From Octopus vulgaris (taxonomy: Eukaryota), in the NCBI GenBank assembly GCA_951406725.2, contig OX597825.1:24986001-25050000 (forward strand): DNA of 64,000 nucleotides. The letters run 5' to 3'. The stretch's first letter is position 1, and every line of letters starts with the position of its first letter. The position numbers were made by a program, and so were the translations under genes. Of this stretch, positions 61,965-64,000 are shown in pieces. The notes beneath the pieces are model-generated. The model was given only the letters and a program-made list of their open reading frames with translations, ran no database searches and was not told the origin of the DNA.

Positions 61965-62620
61965 TACTAGTACTCATTCTATCGGTCTCTTTTGCCGAAC
62001 CGTTAAGTTACGGGGATGTAAACACTCCAGCATCAGTTGTCAAACGATGTTGGGGAAGGGACGAACACAGACACGTGCAGGTGGCACGTAAAAAGCACCC
62101 ACTACACTCACGGAGTGGTTGGCATTAGGAAGGGCATCCAGCTGTAGAAACATTGCCAGATTAGACTGGAGCCTGGTGCAGCCTTCTGGCTTCCCAGAAC
62201 CCCGGTCGAACCGTCCAACCCATGCTAGCATGGAGAACGGACGTTAAACGATGATGATGATATATATATATATTTCTTTACTGCCCACAAGGGGCTAAAC
62301 ATAGAGGGGACAAACAAGGACAGACAAAGGGATTAAGTCGATTACATCGACCCCAGTGTGAAGCTGGTACTTTATTTATCGACCCCGAAAGGATGAAAGG
62401 CAAAGTCAACCTCGGCAGAATTTGAACTCAGAACGTAGCGGCAGACGAAATACCGACGGGCCTCTTTCAGTTTCCGTCTACCAAATCCACTCACAAGGCT
62501 CTGGTCAGCCCGAGGCTATAGTAGAAGACACTTGCCCAAGGTGCCATGCAGTGGGACTGAACCCGGAACCATGTGGTTCGTAAGCAAGCTACTTACCACA
62601 CAGCCACTCATACGCCTCTG
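61965..62620. mobile_element. Nested cluster: SINE A (-) interrupted by an RTE tail (+, about 62080-62260) and SINE B (-, 62273-62455)
   Basis: Sequential family matches. Confidence 0.7.
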
Positions 62621-63229
62621 TGAAAACAATTCACATGGCTTTAGTCAGTTCAGGGCTATAGCAGAAAAGTTAGGATCGAACTCCAAACCATATAGTTGGG
62701 AAGCAACTATATCGTCATCATCATCATCATCATTTAATGTCCATTATCCATGCTGCCATGGATTGGGCAGTGTGACCAGAGTTGGCAAGCTGGGGAGCTG
62801 CACCAAACTCCAGTCTGATTTGGCATGGTTTCTATGACTGGATGCCCTTCCTAACGCCAACTACTTTATAGAGTATGCTGTATATATATATCTATATTCC
62901 ACACACATATGCACATATATTTATATATATTTTCACAGGTACATATTTCCTAATGCCAAAATTATTCAGAGCAAAGCTAGAAATATTTAGTTTTTAATAC
63001 AGAACTACCTAATTCACATACCGTAGCGCCTCGATATACGAGTAAATTTTTTCCTGGAGACCGCTCGTAAAGAGACATGAAATGAAGTGGCTTGCTCAAG
63101 AACACAATGCACTGCCCAGTCCAGGAATTGAAACCACAATCTTACGATCATGAGTCCAACACCCTAACCACTAGGCCATGTGCCTCTACCTCGCAATACT
63201 GCAAAGTTATAAAGAACATTGCTACCAAC

Positions 63230-63292
63230 CTGTCAAAAACACCAGCAACAGTTAACAAACCAAGAGATATCCACTGTATTGATGTTATAGGC
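63230..63292 (-). CDS. SLC35A4: SLC35A4-like exon (63 nt; PITSIQWISLGLLTVAGVFDS); upstream exons lie outside the window
   Basis: tttctttgcag acceptor and AG|GTTGGT donor; phase 2 joins 52246 in frame; QWxxLxLLxxxG is an SLC35A transmembrane motif. Confidence 0.8.
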
Positions 63293-63732
63293 CTGCAAAG
63301 AAATAAACAGCTTTGATTAAAACGTAACAACTGCACCAACAATTACATAACAAGAAGAAGAAGAAGAACTACAACAACAACAATAACGATTCTTTCAAAT
63401 TTCAGCACAAGGTCAGCAATTCTACATCAATTACATTGACCCCAGTACTTGACTGGTACTTTATTTTATGCCAGCATAAAATAAAAATGAACTTGTAAAG
63501 ACCCAGAAGAAATGCCACAAAGTATTTTGTCCAGCAGGCTAAGGACAATTCTGTCACCTTGTGGTCTTCAGAATAATCCTTTCAACTATAGGTACAAGGT
63601 TGAAAATCTTGGCCCCAGCAGTCTGATTCTGTCAGATCGCATCCTTAATAATAATAATAATGATGGCGATGATGATGATGATGATGATGATGATGATAAT
63701 AAATAATAATAATAATAATAATAGTAATAATA

Positions 63733-63949
63733 ATCCTTTCTACTGGAAGCACAAGGCCTCCAATTTGGGGGAAGAGATTAAGTCAATTAAATCGACTCTG
63801 ATGCGTAACTGGTCCTTAATTTATCGATCCTGAAAGGATGAAAGGCAAAGTCAATCTTGGTGGAATTTGAACTCATAACATAAAGACAGATGAAATACCA
63901 TTAAGCATTTCACCCAGCATGCTAATGGTTCTGCCAGCTCACCACCTTA
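63733..63949 (-). mobile_element. SINE family B embedded in (AAT)n
   Basis: Match to family B, with trinucleotide repeats on both flanks. Confidence 0.75.
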
Positions 63950-63985
<36 letters not shown>

Positions 63986-64000
63986 GTAATAATAATAATC

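Noticed and set aside
63019-63075. Possible extra SLC35A4 exon with a GTATGT donor
   Set aside because: Exons 63230-63292 and 52102-52246 already join in frame and collinearly with homologues; the sequence looks like a TA-flanked DNA-transposon end.

Overview
Eukaryotic, AT-rich, microsatellite- and transposon-dense genomic DNA, not prokaryotic. The SINE families and (TA)n/(TAA)n density suggest a coleoid cephalopod such as Octopus (inference). Three host protein-coding genes are supported. (1) An intronless 288-aa NHL/beta-propeller gene at 4625-5491 (+). (2) A complete 3-exon mitochondrial ATP synthase subunit g gene, ATP5MG/ATP5L, at 20434-28622 (+), 108 aa, missed by the ORF track. (3) The last five coding exons of a convergent SLC35A4-like nucleotide-sugar transporter at 46443-63292 (-), whose 5' exons lie beyond the window. 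The rest is mostly decayed mobile DNA: Dong/R4-like, CRE-like, Tx1/L1-like, RTE and CR1 LINEs; Penelope-like elements; three tRNA-derived SINE families; pogo, Tc1, mariner and maT-like transposons; Helitron, hAT, piggyBac-like and GG-terminal 8-9 bp-TSD MITEs; and local duplications. The most notable signals are minimal hammerhead-ribozyme motifs in (TA)n-embedded Penelope-like hairpins, an ETS/CRE + NRF1-like + YY1-like promoter module on ATP5MG echoed at the NHL gene, and dsRNA-forming and possible stop-bypass features at the SLC35A4 3' end. No CRISPR array, rRNA or true tRNA gene was seen. Coordinates were counted by hand: exon and TSD boundaries were checked, other repeat ends are approximate.
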